Shown: positions 20,544-30,580 of the stretch, in pieces | Position numbering within the stretch: the stretch's first letter is position 1 | Layout of the letters: each line of letters begins with the position of its first letter | Assembly: GCA_963749495.1 (NCBI GenBank) | Contig: CAVVMW010000007.1 | Coordinates: 128,001-192,000 of the forward strand | From: an uncultured bacterium | GTDB taxonomy: Bacteria > Verrucomicrobiota > Verrucomicrobiia > Limisphaerales > UBA8199 | Direction: 5' to 3' | DNA length: 64,000 nt | The notes under the pieces: model-generated | Databases searched by the model: none | The model's input: the letters and a program-made list of their open reading frames with translations, nothing else | What the model was told of the DNA's origin: nothing | Program-made: the position numbers and the translations under genes

Positions 20544-21413
20544 TCAATCATCCTTCCTGTATGGGAAAAGCAGCTCGCCGCCGATGCGCCAGAGTTGGTC
20601 GCAGGCCACCGCGATGAGGACGATGACGAGGATGACGGCATAAATGGCCTCCGTCTGGCTTCGCCGTTCCGAGGCCTCGATCAGGCCGCCCAGGCCGTAT
20701 TCAGGCCGGACAACCACCTCGGCCATGATGATCCATCCCCATCCGACGCCATAGACCCCGCGCAGGTGGTCCCAGATATTGGCCTGGGCCACCGGAAACA
20801 CCACATGGCGCACCAACTGCCATTGCGACGCCCCTTTGGTCACAGCCACGTCCAAAAACGCGCTCGGCACATCCGCAATGTCCTTGATCACCAGCGGCAG
20901 CAGCGCCACGAAACAGCCGATGAACAGGAACCCGATCTTCTGCGCCTCGCCGGTGCCGAACCACATCATGCTCAGCGGGATCAACACCACAATCGGCACA
21001 TAAGCCCCCGCCAGCGAGAGCGGACGGAAGAAGGCGGCTATCGGGGGGAAGGTCGCCATATAGACTCCCAGCGGCAGCGCTACCAGGGCGGCCAGGCCAA
21101 AGCCGGCCGTCACCCGCAGCCAGGAATAGAGTGCGCTGCGCACCAGCCCCTGCTCGAGATGGAGCGGCACAAATGACTTGAGGACCTCCAACGGGCTGGG
21201 CAGGATCAACGCCTGGACCAGGCGCTGGGCCGACTCGCCCCGCGTCACCAGCCACCACACGCCCAGCACCACTGCAACGAACAACGCTGTCAAACCCAGG
21301 GCCCTCGAGGAGGGCAAGGCCCCGTGTACCCGAAGCCGCGCCAGCCGCACCACCAGCGTCAGCAACCCGACAAACACCACCGCGGCAATCAGGAACCGGC
21401 CAAATTCGTGCAT
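20544..21413 (-). CDS. NitT/TauT family ABC transporter permease
   Basis: ILPSP, WFGTGE..KI, EAA-like loop (KGASQWQLV), WIIMAE. Confidence 0.9.
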   Translation of the reverse strand: MHEFGRFLIAAVVFVGLLTLVVRLARLRVHGALPSSRALGLTALFVAVVLGVWWLVTRGESAQRLVQALILPSPLEVLKSFVPLHLEQGLVRSALYSWLRVTAGFGLAALVALPLGVYMATFPPIAAFFRPLSLAGAYVPIVVLIPLSMMWFGTGEAQKIGFLFIGCFVALLPLVIKDIADVPSAFLDVAVTKGASQWQLVRHVVFPVAQANIWDHLRGVYGVGWGWIIMAEVVVRPEYGLGGLIEASERRSQTEAIYAVILVIVLIAVACDQLWRIGGELLFPYRKDD

Positions 21414-21498
21414 GGGCGTTCAGGTGTGGAGGCACTCGCCTGGAGTCAGGTGGCTGCAAGCAGGTGTCGGGGGCCTGCTTTGGTTCGCTCGCCCTCTT

Positions 21499-21645
21499 CC
21501 CCTCACCCCTGCCCTCTCCCCATCGGATGGGGAGAGGGGGAAGCGAGGGTTGACTCTCACAAGCTCCGGCGCGCTCGGATTCGTCAACCGACGTACGCCG
21601 GTCCACCCTCTCCCCATCGGATGGGGAGAGGGCCGGGGTGAGGGG
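21499..21645. repeat. REP-like inverted pair, family C (CCCTCACC..CCCTCTCCCCATCGGATGGGGAGAGGG)
   Basis: Two inverted hairpin copies; same family at 29743-29894. Confidence 0.85.
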
Positions 21646-21663
21646 TTCGCCGGCATGGGAACA

Positions 21664-23403
21664 CTAGGCCCCCGCCTCCAGCGGGAAGACCTTCACTTCC
21701 ACGCGGCGGTTTTTTTTGTTGTGTTCGAAGTTGCTGGGGTCGGTGGCGCCGGGCACGGGGTTGTCCCAGCCGTTGCCGACGACCTTGAACTTGTTGGGGT
21801 CGAACTTGTATTTTTCCATGATCGCCTTGCGGACGGCATCGGCGCGGTCGTAGGAGAGGGCGCGGACGAGGTCGGTGGGGACGATCCCCTTTTTGCTGGC
21901 ATCGGTATTGCCCTCGATGACGATGTAGGCATTGCCGAATCTGCCGGCCAATTTGCCGATCTCCTCGAGGGTGGCCGGGATGGTGGGGTCGTAGGCGGGG
22001 TCCAGGACGGCCTTGTTGGGCTCGAAGGAGATCATGACGGCCTTGGTGAGGACCTGGCCGGCGCCGGCCTCGGGGCTGAGCTTGGCCAGGGCATCGGGCC
22101 GGAAGGTGGGTTGCGAGAGGTCGCGCACGTCCTTGTAGGCCTCGGACAAGGCGGCCAGCACGTTATGGGCCTTGACCTTGGAGGCGGGGACGGTGGAGTT
22201 GACGGTGCCCAGGGACTTGTAGATGACCGAGGCGCTGTTCCACACGACCTCGAAGTTGGCCGGGTTGAACGGGTCGAGGAAGAACTTGGCGTTCTCGCGG
22301 TAGTTGGTCAGGTGGGCGTCGCCTTCGGTGATGCCGCCATCTTTGCCGATCATATTCACGCAATCGGCCTCCTTGAGCTGAAAGGCCTTGGCCAGGGCGG
22401 CGGCGGCGGTCTTGGGATCTTTGCGGACCATGTCCATCCCCTCGAAGATGCCCTGGGCCAGGCCGGAGACGATCTGGGGATTCTCGTGGAAGAAATCATT
22501 GCGCACCGCCCACACGTCGGCGATCAGATGGTTGGCCGTGCCGGTCGTCACCACCAGGCGCGTGTTCTTGTCGTGTTCGGTGATGTTGTAGATGTCGGGC
22601 GACCATCCGACAAAGGCATCGTAGCTGGGGTCGCTCACGAAAATCTTGGCCGCCGAGGGCGCATCGGCCGCCCACTTGAACTCGACCTCGCCGGGGTCAA
22701 TGCCCGCATCGATGAGCAGCGACATGATGAGGTAATGGCTGGGCGAGTTTTGCGCCAGCACCACCTTCTTGTGACGGGCGCCGCCCGACCGGAAATCGTT
22801 GATATTGCGGATCTCGCCGCGCGCCACCACGCCGTCGCCGCCCGCCGACCAATCGATCTGCTGGCAGACGACCGGCACCGTGCGCGAGTCCTTCACCAGC
22901 TCCGGCGCGAACAGCGCGATCATATCCAGCGTCCCCCACAGGATATGGCTCTTGCCGCTGGCAAAGAGGTCGCGCGCCTTGACCGGGTCATCCACCACCG
23001 CCAACCGGACGTAGAAGCCGTACTTTCTGAAAAACACGCTCTGGTCGCTGGGTTCCATGCCGGCGTTGGCCACAATGATCGGCGCCCAGCCCGGCCAGAC
23101 GTTGATCGGGAACTGGACGATGAGCTTGCCGTCCTTGGTCTCCTTGGTGTAAGCGCCCACACCGGAGACCGCCGGGATGCCCGACCGTTCCACCAGGGTC
23201 GCCGCGTTGGTCCCGATCAGCAGCGGTATGCTGTCCGGGCTCACCCGAGTCGCCGCGTCCCTGGCCTTTTTGACGTCGTCCACGTTGATGGACATGGATT
23301 GGGTCCTGACCTGCGGGGCGATCTTGTCCCACCAGCGCAAGACGCCGAACCCGACGATCCCCAAGAGCAGGATCGTCAAAATGATTTTGCCTCGTGTAGT
23401 CAT
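21664..23403 (-). CDS. NMT1/THI5-like ABC substrate-binding protein fused to a C-terminal OmpA-like peptidoglycan-binding domain
   Basis: N-terminal TM anchor; WPGWAP, DWSAGGDG, LIADV; C-terminal IEGNTD..LSYDRADAV..GNGWDNPV..NRRVEV. Confidence 0.88.
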   Translation of the reverse strand: MTTRGKIILTILLLGIVGFGVLRWWDKIAPQVRTQSMSINVDDVKKARDAATRVSPDSIPLLIGTNAATLVERSGIPAVSGVGAYTKETKDGKLIVQFPINVWPGWAPIIVANAGMEPSDQSVFFRKYGFYVRLAVVDDPVKARDLFASGKSHILWGTLDMIALFAPELVKDSRTVPVVCQQIDWSAGGDGVVARGEIRNINDFRSGGARHKKVVLAQNSPSHYLIMSLLIDAGIDPGEVEFKWAADAPSAAKIFVSDPSYDAFVGWSPDIYNITEHDKNTRLVVTTGTANHLIADVWAVRNDFFHENPQIVSGLAQGIFEGMDMVRKDPKTAAAALAKAFQLKEADCVNMIGKDGGITEGDAHLTNYRENAKFFLDPFNPANFEVVWNSASVIYKSLGTVNSTVPASKVKAHNVLAALSEAYKDVRDLSQPTFRPDALAKLSPEAGAGQVLTKAVMISFEPNKAVLDPAYDPTIPATLEEIGKLAGRFGNAYIVIEGNTDASKKGIVPTDLVRALSYDRADAVRKAIMEKYKFDPNKFKVVGNGWDNPVPGATDPSNFEHNKKNRRVEVKVFPLEAGA

Positions 23404-23406
23404 AGT

Positions 23407-24168
23407 TTATTTCTCCGGGATCTTTTGGCGTTCGGGCTGCGCGGCGGCAGGCGGAGTGGCGGCGGCGGCCGCTTCCGGCGCGACCAATCCCATCTTCTTT
23501 TTGTATTCCTGGAAGAGCATGGCGCCGCGCGCCTTGCGGGCCTCCTGCTGGCGGGCGATGCCCGAGCCCATTTCCTTGGCCAGGTCCAGGGTGGCGCGCA
23601 TCTGGCCCTCGCCGGACGCGGCGGATTGGCGGAGTTGCTGCATGGACTGGCCCAGCTCGCCTCCCATCATTCCCTGCAGTTCGCTGATCGAGCTCTTCAT
23701 CATGCCCGAGAGGCTCTCCAACGAGCGGCCGATGGCTACCTTGGCCTTGACGGTCTCGAACTCGCGCTGGAACCGCTGGATCTCGCGCAGGCTGCCGGCG
23801 ATGATTTCGGTGTTCTGCTGGTAGAGCTGCTCGAGGTTGTCCGCCTGGCCCTTGTTCTCCTGGAGGTCTTGCTCCAGCGTGGCCAGTTCCTCGGCGTAGT
23901 GGGAGCCGTTGGCCTCGTCGTTGGCGTTGGCGGCGGCCTGGAGCAGGCCCTGCAACTCCTGCCGCTGCCGTTCCTGGCGTTTGATCTGGTCCTTGAGCAA
24001 GGCGATCTGGCCCGCCAGTTGGCCGTTGGCATAATGCGCCTTGTCCGCCTTGGCCTTGGAATCGCGGATGCCGCGCTCGACCACCGCCTGGTTGATCGCG
24101 TCGGTCTCGGTCGCCTTCTCCGCCATCAGCCCCAGCCAAATGAATAATCGTTTGATTGCTCTAAACAT
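23407..24168 (-). CDS. PspA/IM30 (ESCRT-III-like) family protein
   Basis: N-terminal amphipathic helix (MFRAIKRLFIWLG), long helical hairpin, typical length and helix layout. Confidence 0.75.
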   Translation of the reverse strand: MFRAIKRLFIWLGLMAEKATETDAINQAVVERGIRDSKAKADKAHYANGQLAGQIALLKDQIKRQERQRQELQGLLQAAANANDEANGSHYAEELATLEQDLQENKGQADNLEQLYQQNTEIIAGSLREIQRFQREFETVKAKVAIGRSLESLSGMMKSSISELQGMMGGELGQSMQQLRQSAASGEGQMRATLDLAKEMGSGIARQQEARKARGAMLFQEYKKKMGLVAPEAAAAATPPAAAQPERQKIPEK

Positions 24169-24346
24169 AGCGTTTCTCCGGGTTGGTTTTGGTCTCGGTC
24201 ACGGGTTAGGAGTCGTCTGCCGACAGCATGCCGCGCGCGGCTCCATCGGCCGCCGAAGCCGCTTTCACTGCGGGTGTCGAACTGGCTTTCATGTCTTCAC
24301 TCAATCCGGCCGTTTCTCCCACTGTTGGCCGCGCGCACTGGCAACA

Positions 24347-24375
24347 TCGTTACCAACAGGCCCGGGCGCTGTCAA
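24347..24375 (-). promoter_or_regulatory. Candidate sigma70-type promoter of the PspA-ABC operon
   Basis: Minus strand TTGACA-17 nt-TAACGA, about 180 nt upstream of the PspA-like start. Confidence 0.4.
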
Positions 24376-24489
24376 CATATCCCTGATCCCGCGCCCGCGC
24401 GCACCTACAAAAGGAGGGGCGGTTTATAGCGCGCCCGTTCTGCCGCCCTCAACGGCATGGAAGCGCATCCGGTGCAAGGTCTTGCCGCA

Positions 24490-24900
24490 TCAGTGAGATT
24501 CCTTGCTCCCTCCAGGAACTTCCCCTTCGGCGGGCGGTAATCCGGATAGCCTAAGGCGCGAGTAGGCGCCACGCTTGTCGTCCGGATGAGGTTCGACCCC
24601 AAGGATAGTGATGTCGCCCCTGTCCGGTCCATATGCCCAAAAGATGCGGCCCGCTGCAGGAACATTGTTTTCCAGGTATGCCTCGAAAACCTTGAAGCCG
24701 TATTTGTCAGTCAGGGCGCCGATTTCATGAGTCTGGAGGCTATTATGGCGCGGGTTCTGGCTCAGGAAACCCAGCGTCTTGACCAGCCTCTTGAAGAATC
24801 TGTCTTCGTTCCGATCTAATTTCCCTTGCAACTTGCGGGTCGAAAGATCGGCCCAGATGGCGGCCATCTCAGGCATGCCCATCCGAATGTTGAAGGGCAT
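24490..24900 (-). CDS. RelE/ParE-like putative toxin
   Basis: LSQNPRHNSLQTHEI...VFEAYLEN...GRIFWAYG...ITILGVEPHP topology. Confidence 0.6.
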   Translation of the reverse strand: MPFNIRMGMPEMAAIWADLSTRKLQGKLDRNEDRFFKRLVKTLGFLSQNPRHNSLQTHEIGALTDKYGFKVFEAYLENNVPAAGRIFWAYGPDRGDITILGVEPHPDDKRGAYSRLRLSGLPPAEGEVPGGSKESH

Positions 24901-24909
24901 GGCGATCGG

Positions 24910-25197
24910 CTAATCTTGCTGGAATGGGGTCAGGTCCACCGGGGGAGAGGCCAACCCCTTTTTCAAGTTGTCCGCCGACTGGTCCAGCATTCTCAAGACT
25001 CGAGCGGAGACCGCCCGGGGCGGGACGAGCTCCCGGGGCTCCAACAGAAAGGAACCGTTCGACAGGGCTCTGACACGAAAATATTTCGCCTTTGCGCGGC
25101 GAAGGCTGATTCGCCTCTTGGCGTCGGCAGCAACGTCATATTCTTCCAGGACCGTGAGTCCGCCCTTGTGTTTCCTCTGTTCCAGCATGGTTCGCAT
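24910..25197 (-). CDS. AbrB/MraZ-like putative antitoxin
   Basis: DAKRRISL...GSFLLEP swapped-hairpin-like pattern; 9 nt upstream of the toxin-like gene. Confidence 0.55.
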   Translation of the reverse strand: MRTMLEQRKHKGGLTVLEEYDVAADAKRRISLRRAKAKYFRVRALSNGSFLLEPRELVPPRAVSARVLRMLDQSADNLKKGLASPPVDLTPFQQD

Positions 25198-25350
25198 GGT
25201 GGCAGGATACAGTGGGATTTCCCACCAAGTCAAGGCTCGGATGCTGGTTTCTCTCCGGGGACAGCAACCGATAGGCAGCCTCGAGGGGCGCATCCGCGAT
25301 TGTTTTCGTCCGGGTGTTAGGCTATATCACGTCGAGCAGAGCATTGCACT

Positions 25351-26029
25351 ATGGAAGAGAAGCGAGCGTGCTGGGGGCTGATGCGCTGCCGGGCGTGCCT
25401 GGTGCCCACCTGGCGCGGCTGGCTGGCGCTTTTGCTCGGCTCGGTCCTGCTGGCAACGCTCGCCCTGCACCAGGTTTATCCCTTTCTGGCGGTCAATCGG
25501 CCCAAACCGGGCGGGGTGCTGGTCGTCGAGGGTTGGGCCCCGGACTCCGTGCTCGAGGCGGTTGTGGCTGAGTGCCGCAGCCATCCTTACGAGAAGGTCT
25601 TTGTCACCGGCACCCCGCTCGAGGCAGGGCGCGATGCTCTCCGGTTACAGCAATTATGCCGACATGTGCCTGGGCACCTTGCTCAAGCTCGGGTTGAGCA
25701 GCAACGTCGTCGCCGCCGTGCCGGCGCCCTTCGTATGGCAGGACCGCACTTACGCCGCGGCCGTGGCTCTCCGGCAATGGTGGCGGGCGCACGGGATGGC
25801 CCCCAGCCACGTCAACCTCTTCACCCTCGGACCGCACGCGCGCCGCTCGAGGCTGCTGTTTGAACGGGCGCTGGGCGCAGGAGTGACGGTAGGCGTGGTG
25901 GCCTTTCCGCCCTGGCATTACGACACCCGCCACTGGTGGCGCTCCAGCTCCGGCTTCAGGGACGTCACCGGCGAACTGATCGCCTATGCCTACGTCCGGG
26001 TGTTCTTCTGGAGGTTTAAGCCCGCATGA
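25351..26029 (+). CDS. DUF218 (YdcF/ElyC-like) membrane-anchored protein, frameshift near 25630
   Basis: TM segment, LVVEGW, VFVTG, DRTY, T.GPHARRSR, WWRS..G...V..ELIAY. Confidence 0.75.
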
Positions 26030-26060
26030 GGGGCGAGGGGCGAGGGACGGGGGGCGAGGC

Positions 26061-26172
26061 CGGAGTGCGCCCGTCCTCGGGCGCAGCGTCGTCCGCAGCC
26101 GGGGCAGCCGCAAAACACTCCGGCACGCTTGCCCCCTCCGACGCTGCTGCGCCCGAGGACGGGCGCACTCCG
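26061..26172. repeat. REP-like palindrome, family D
   Basis: CGGAGTGCGCCCGTCCTCGGGCGCAGC and its exact reverse complement. Confidence 0.9.
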
Positions 26173-26253
26173 CGGGCAGTGCCAGGCTGCGCCCGTGCTG
26201 TGTTCCCTCGACCCTCGACCCTTGCTCCTCGACCCTCGGATCTTCGATTACCT

Positions 26254-26895
26254 ATGAGCATTGAGCCTAACACCGCGCCCGCCGTGCCCTCCCGTTTCTT
26301 GCTTGGCGCCGTTGTGCTCGCCGCCGGGCGGTCGCGGCGGATGGGGCGGCCCAAGTTGCTGTTGGCCTGGAAGGGGACCTCCGTGCTTGGGCACCTGGTG
26401 GCGGAGTGGCGCAGGGCCGGGGCGGGACAGGTTGCCGTGGTTTGCGCGGCGGGGGACAAAGACGTTCCGGGGGAACTGGATCGGCTCGGTTTCCCGGGGA
26501 CCGGCCGGATTCTCAACCCGGCGCCCGAGCGCGGCATGTTCAGCTCGATCCAATGCGCGGCGCGCTGGCCGGGGTGGGGGGCCGGGCTGAGCCATTTGGC
26601 AATCGTGCTGGGAGACCAGCCTCATTTGCGCCAGGCGACCTTGCAGGCGATGGCCGAGTTCAGCGCCGCCCACCCGGCGCAGGTCTGCCAACCGGCGCGC
26701 TCGGGCCGCCCCCGCCATCCGGTGCTGCTGCCCAGGGCGGTCTTTCTGGCCCTGGGGAAGTCTGGGGCGGCAACTCTCAAAGAATTCCTCGGCGCTTTCC
26801 CGGTGGCCACGCTCGAGCTGGAGGACCCGGGACTGGATCTGGACATCGACAGCCCGGCCGACTATGCAAAGGCGCTGGAATTGAATTGCGGTTGA
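26254..26895 (+). CDS. MobA/MocA-like nucleotidyltransferase
   Basis: VLAAGRSRRMGRPKLLL, GMFSSI, LGDQP, HPVL and DIDSPADY motifs. Confidence 0.9.
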   Translation: MSIEPNTAPAVPSRFLLGAVVLAAGRSRRMGRPKLLLAWKGTSVLGHLVAEWRRAGAGQVAVVCAAGDKDVPGELDRLGFPGTGRILNPAPERGMFSSIQCAARWPGWGAGLSHLAIVLGDQPHLRQATLQAMAEFSAAHPAQVCQPARSGRPRHPVLLPRAVFLALGKSGAATLKEFLGAFPVATLELEDPGLDLDIDSPADYAKALELNCG

Positions 26896-29056
26896 CGCGA
26901 GCACACCTGCCTGCTGCAATCGCGCCGCGATTGGAAACCACCACTACATCAACGCGACCACGCACGAGCCGTGACGAAACCCGCAAGGTTTTGGACTGCG
27001 CCACTCCTCTGGCGCTTTTGCTCTGCCTGTTTGTCCTGCCGGCCGGCGCCGTCCCAGCCTGGGCTGGAAGCAGCGCCTCCAGAGAGCAGGCGCTCAAAGA
27101 ATGGCGGAACCTGACCGGGCCCGATGCGCCGCCGCCCAGGGTGTTCGTCAAGGGAGACACGATCCTGTTTTATTTTCCGACCCGTCGGGAGCCGAGGCGT
27201 TCAGCGCGAACTGGCACCGGGTGCGAATCCCCACACCGAACTACAAGGTCAACGCCGCGGTCCTGCACTGGGACCAGAAGCTGCCGCGCATGCCCCCGGG
27301 CCCGCACGGCTGGCGCGAGGCGGCCGTGATTGCGGGCGCAGAGTGGCGGCGCCTGGCCGGCGACCTGGTCGCCCAACTCACCCCCAGCATCCCGGGCCAT
27401 GGGGCTTACTACCAGGCCTTTCTGTCCGACGGCGTTTTGTACCGCGACCCGGGCGGCGCCCCGCGTTTCGCCGCGCTGGGCGAGCAACCCGATGGCATCC
27501 AGATCGAGCATCGGTATTCGACCGAGGAGACGCTCGACAGCCTGGCGCGGTTGGTGGACGAGGGGTTGGCGCGCACGCACCCGGGCGGCATGCTCTTCCT
27601 CCTGATGGCCCCTGACGCCAGCCGGGTGACCCAGCCGCTGCTGGTGGACCGGCAGCGCCGCCGCTGCTTTTGCCTCACCCCGGCGGCCCTCTACGACAAT
27701 ACCGAGCGCGGCCTCAGCCTGGCCGTCACGGCCCAGGGCCTCAGCGCCCTGTTCCTCCAAGGCCACGGCCTGGCCCTGCTCAAAAACCCAGTCTCCAGCG
27801 CCGCCCGCCTCGGCAACCTCGCCCTGCAGACGGTCGTCCATTTCCTGCGCTTGCCCTTGCCCAAGCCAGGCACAAACGCCCTGCCCCCGCTCCAGAGCGG
27901 CCCGGGCATGGACCTGGCCCAATGGGAAAACTGGCTGGATCGCTACACCGGAACCCGGCGCGAAGAGGGCTCCATGCGCCTGCTCATCGATGGCGATCGC
28001 TTCTTCACCCGCCTCCACCAGGCCATCGCCGCCGCAACCAACCACATCCGCTTCCAGGTCTATATCTTCGACAAGGACGACGTTGCGGTCGGGATAGCCG
28101 ACCAACTCAAGGAGCGCTCGAGGCAAATCGAGGTCAAGGTCATCCTGGACCGCATGGGCAGCATCGGCGCCGGGTTGCACCCGCCTGCAACCCCAATGCC
28201 CCAGGACTTTGTCCCGCCCGCCTCGATCCTGAGCTACCTCCGCCAGGATTCCCAGGTCCGGGCCCGGCCCTTTTTGAATCCGTGGTTCTCGGCGGGCCAC
28301 TCGAAGGTCCTGCTCATCGATGGCGCTTATGCGTGGGTGGGGGGCATGAACCTGGGCCGCAAGTATCGTTACGAGTGGCACGACCTCATGGCGGAGGTGC
28401 GCGGGCCGGTCGTCGCGTCGCTCGAGGCTCGCTTCCGCCGCGACTGGGCCCACGAGGGTCCGCTGGGCGACCTGGCCTACGTGGCGGCGCTGCTCGACGG
28501 CCCGGCCGACGGCGCGAAGGCCGCCGCGCCCGGGGCCTGGGGCCAGTTGCGCCGCCTGCCCACCAAGACCGCCTGGAAACCCTTCGCCACAGCCGTGCTC
28601 GAATCGCTCCGCAAGGCCCGGAGCTACGTCTATGTGGAAAACCCATACCTGTTCGACCACCGGGTCATCGCCGGCCTGGTGCGCGCCCGCCAGCGCGGCG
28701 TGGACGTGCGCGTGGTGCTGCCGCACGTCAACGACCTCAAGGCCGGCGGCCGCAGCAACCTGGTCATTGCCAACTACCTGCTCCAGCAGGGCGTGCGCGT
28801 CTTTTTCTACCCGGGCATGACGCATGTCAAGGCCCTGCTCGTGGACGATTGGGCGTGCCTGGGCTCGGGCAACCTCAATCACCTGAGCCTGCACCTCAAC
28901 CAGGAACAGAACCTCGCCACCTCCGACCCCGCCTTTGCCGCCTCACTCAAACGCGAACTCTTCGAAGAGGACTTCGCCCGCTCTTACCAACTCACCGAGC
29001 CGGTCTCCGTTGAGTGGCTGGATCTTCTGGCCAACCTGGTCCTGGAAAACTTCTGA
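26892..29056 (+). CDS. Phospholipase D / cardiolipin synthase-like protein with long N-terminal domain, frameshift near 27180
   Basis: Two HKD motifs (HSKVLLID, HVKALLVD), GGMN, WHD, ENPY, GSGN; start uncertain (TTG overlapping the upstream stop). Confidence 0.85.
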
Positions 29057-29498
29057 GCGCCTCTTCCAGAAAAGGGACCTGCGCCGGGTTGATCTTCTCC
29101 TTGGCGGCCTCGAAGCGGAAGAAGGCGGCCCGATCCACCTCCGGGAACTGGGACCATCGCCCCGAGCCGGGCGGCCATTCCATGGAAAAGGAATTGCTCC
29201 GCACTTGGGCAGGGTCGCAATCCCCCTCGAACGCCCAGGCCCAGACGACCTTCCCGCTCTTTTGTTTGATCGGCGCCAGGGGCGCCAGGTGGCCTGGCGG
29301 CGCAAAGCCGATCTCCTCCTGGAACTCGCGTCTTGCGGCGGCCAGGGGTTCCTCGCCCGGCTCGATCTCCCCTTTGGGGATGGTCCAGGCCCCGGCGTCC
29401 TTGTTCCGCCACAACGGTCCTCCGGGATGGACGAGGAGGAATTCCGCCTCGCCGTCCCGGAGACGATACATCAACAAACCTGCGCTTGTCCTGGCCAT
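28992..29498 (-). CDS. NUDIX hydrolase
   Basis: LLVHPGGP, WTIPKGE, AARREFQEEIG and FPEVDRA motifs. Confidence 0.9.
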   Translation of the reverse strand: MARTSAGLLMYRLRDGEAEFLLVHPGGPLWRNKDAGAWTIPKGEIEPGEEPLAAARREFQEEIGFAPPGHLAPLAPIKQKSGKVVWAWAFEGDCDPAQVRSNSFSMEWPPGSGRWSQFPEVDRAAFFRFEAAKEKINPAQVPFLEEALRSFPGPGWPEDPATQRRPAR

Positions 29499-29742
29499 GG
29501 CGTGGCACGGTGTGTGCCGCACGGGAACATACACGGTGTGCCGCCCCTGGGCCAGCCCTGTGCCCGGGCCGCCCTTGGCCGTAAGGCCTCAGCAAATCAG
29601 CCGCCGAGGGCGGCGGGCGGAAGGAAGTAACTTGGCTATTTGCTGCTCAAAAAGCGGTTTTTAGCTGATTTTGTAACCACCTGCCCGCCAACGTGTTGTG
29701 AAGTAGTTACTTAGAAGTGAGAGAGGGAGCAGCACTGCGGGC

Positions 29743-29894
29743 GGACCCCTCACCCCGGCCCTCTCCCCATCAGATGGGGAGAGGGAGAGTTCGCGGTGGC
29801 GCTTTGAGGAAGCGCAGGCGCCTGGAAGCTCGCGAGATTGCCGACGCTTCTCCCTCTCCCCTTCCGAAGGGGAGAGGGCTGGGGTGAGGGGTCC
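29743..29894. repeat. REP-like inverted pair, family C
   Basis: GGACCCCTCACCCC...GGGGTGAGGGGTCC with internal hairpins. Confidence 0.85.
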
Positions 29895-30005
29895 GTCGGG
29901 GACTCTGTTCCCGCCTTCATTGACCGGTTACCTTGGGCCGACTTTGGCACTTGCCATTGGCCGGCCAGGGGCGGATGTTGGCTTCGTGCTGTGGGATTAT
30001 TGTCT

Positions 30006-30506
30006 ATGACAACACTGCCCATCCGCATTGTCGCGGCAACCAGCCCGGAGCAAATCGAGGAAGTGCGCGCTCTGTTCCGGGAGTATGAGCGGTATCTCCA
30101 CGTGAATCTCTGCTTCCAGAGTTTCGAGGCGGAGTTGGCGGGGCTGCCTGGGGCTTACGCGCCGCCCGGCGGCGCGCTCTTCATTGCAATTGACGGGGAA
30201 CGAGCCGCCGGGTGCGTGGCCCTGCGGAAGTTCGCCGGCGGCGATGGCTTGTGCGAGATGAAGCGGCTGTTTGTCCGGCCCGAATACCGGGGACGTGGAG
30301 TCGGCAAGGCCCTGGCGTTGCGCATCCTGGAGCAGGCGATTGCCCTCGGTTATGGCGCGATGCGCCTCGACACGCTGGCCAGGTTCAAAGAGGCGATGTC
30401 CCTCTACGAGTCGCTGGACTTCAACCGGATTGCCCCCTACTACTCCAACCCGTTGCCCGACGTCGTCTATTGGGAGTTGGGATTGACAGGTCTCCGCTTC
30501 CCATGA
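30006..30506 (+). CDS. GNAT family acetyltransferase
   Basis: CEMKRLFVRPEYRGRGVG, LDTL, A.SLYESL motifs. Confidence 0.9.
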   Translation: MTTLPIRIVAATSPEQIEEVRALFREYERYLHVNLCFQSFEAELAGLPGAYAPPGGALFIAIDGERAAGCVALRKFAGGDGLCEMKRLFVRPEYRGRGVGKALALRILEQAIALGYGAMRLDTLARFKEAMSLYESLDFNRIAPYYSNPLPDVVYWELGLTGLRFP

Positions 30507-30580
30507 TTTTGCCAACAACGATTCTGCATTGAAGCCGGCGCTCGATATGGGGATAATGGGGGCGTTGCACAAACCTTGTT

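Noticed and set aside
21178..24147. 989-aa plus-strand ORF and similar long ORFs (1716-3578, 30467-32833, 51583-53040)
   Set aside because: Antisense or off-frame shadows of well-supported genes, expected in high-GC DNA
28992..29056. Convergent 3' overlaps (PLD/NUDIX; also 31882-31918)
   Set aside because: Short tail overlaps are common in high-GC genomes and do not imply a special function
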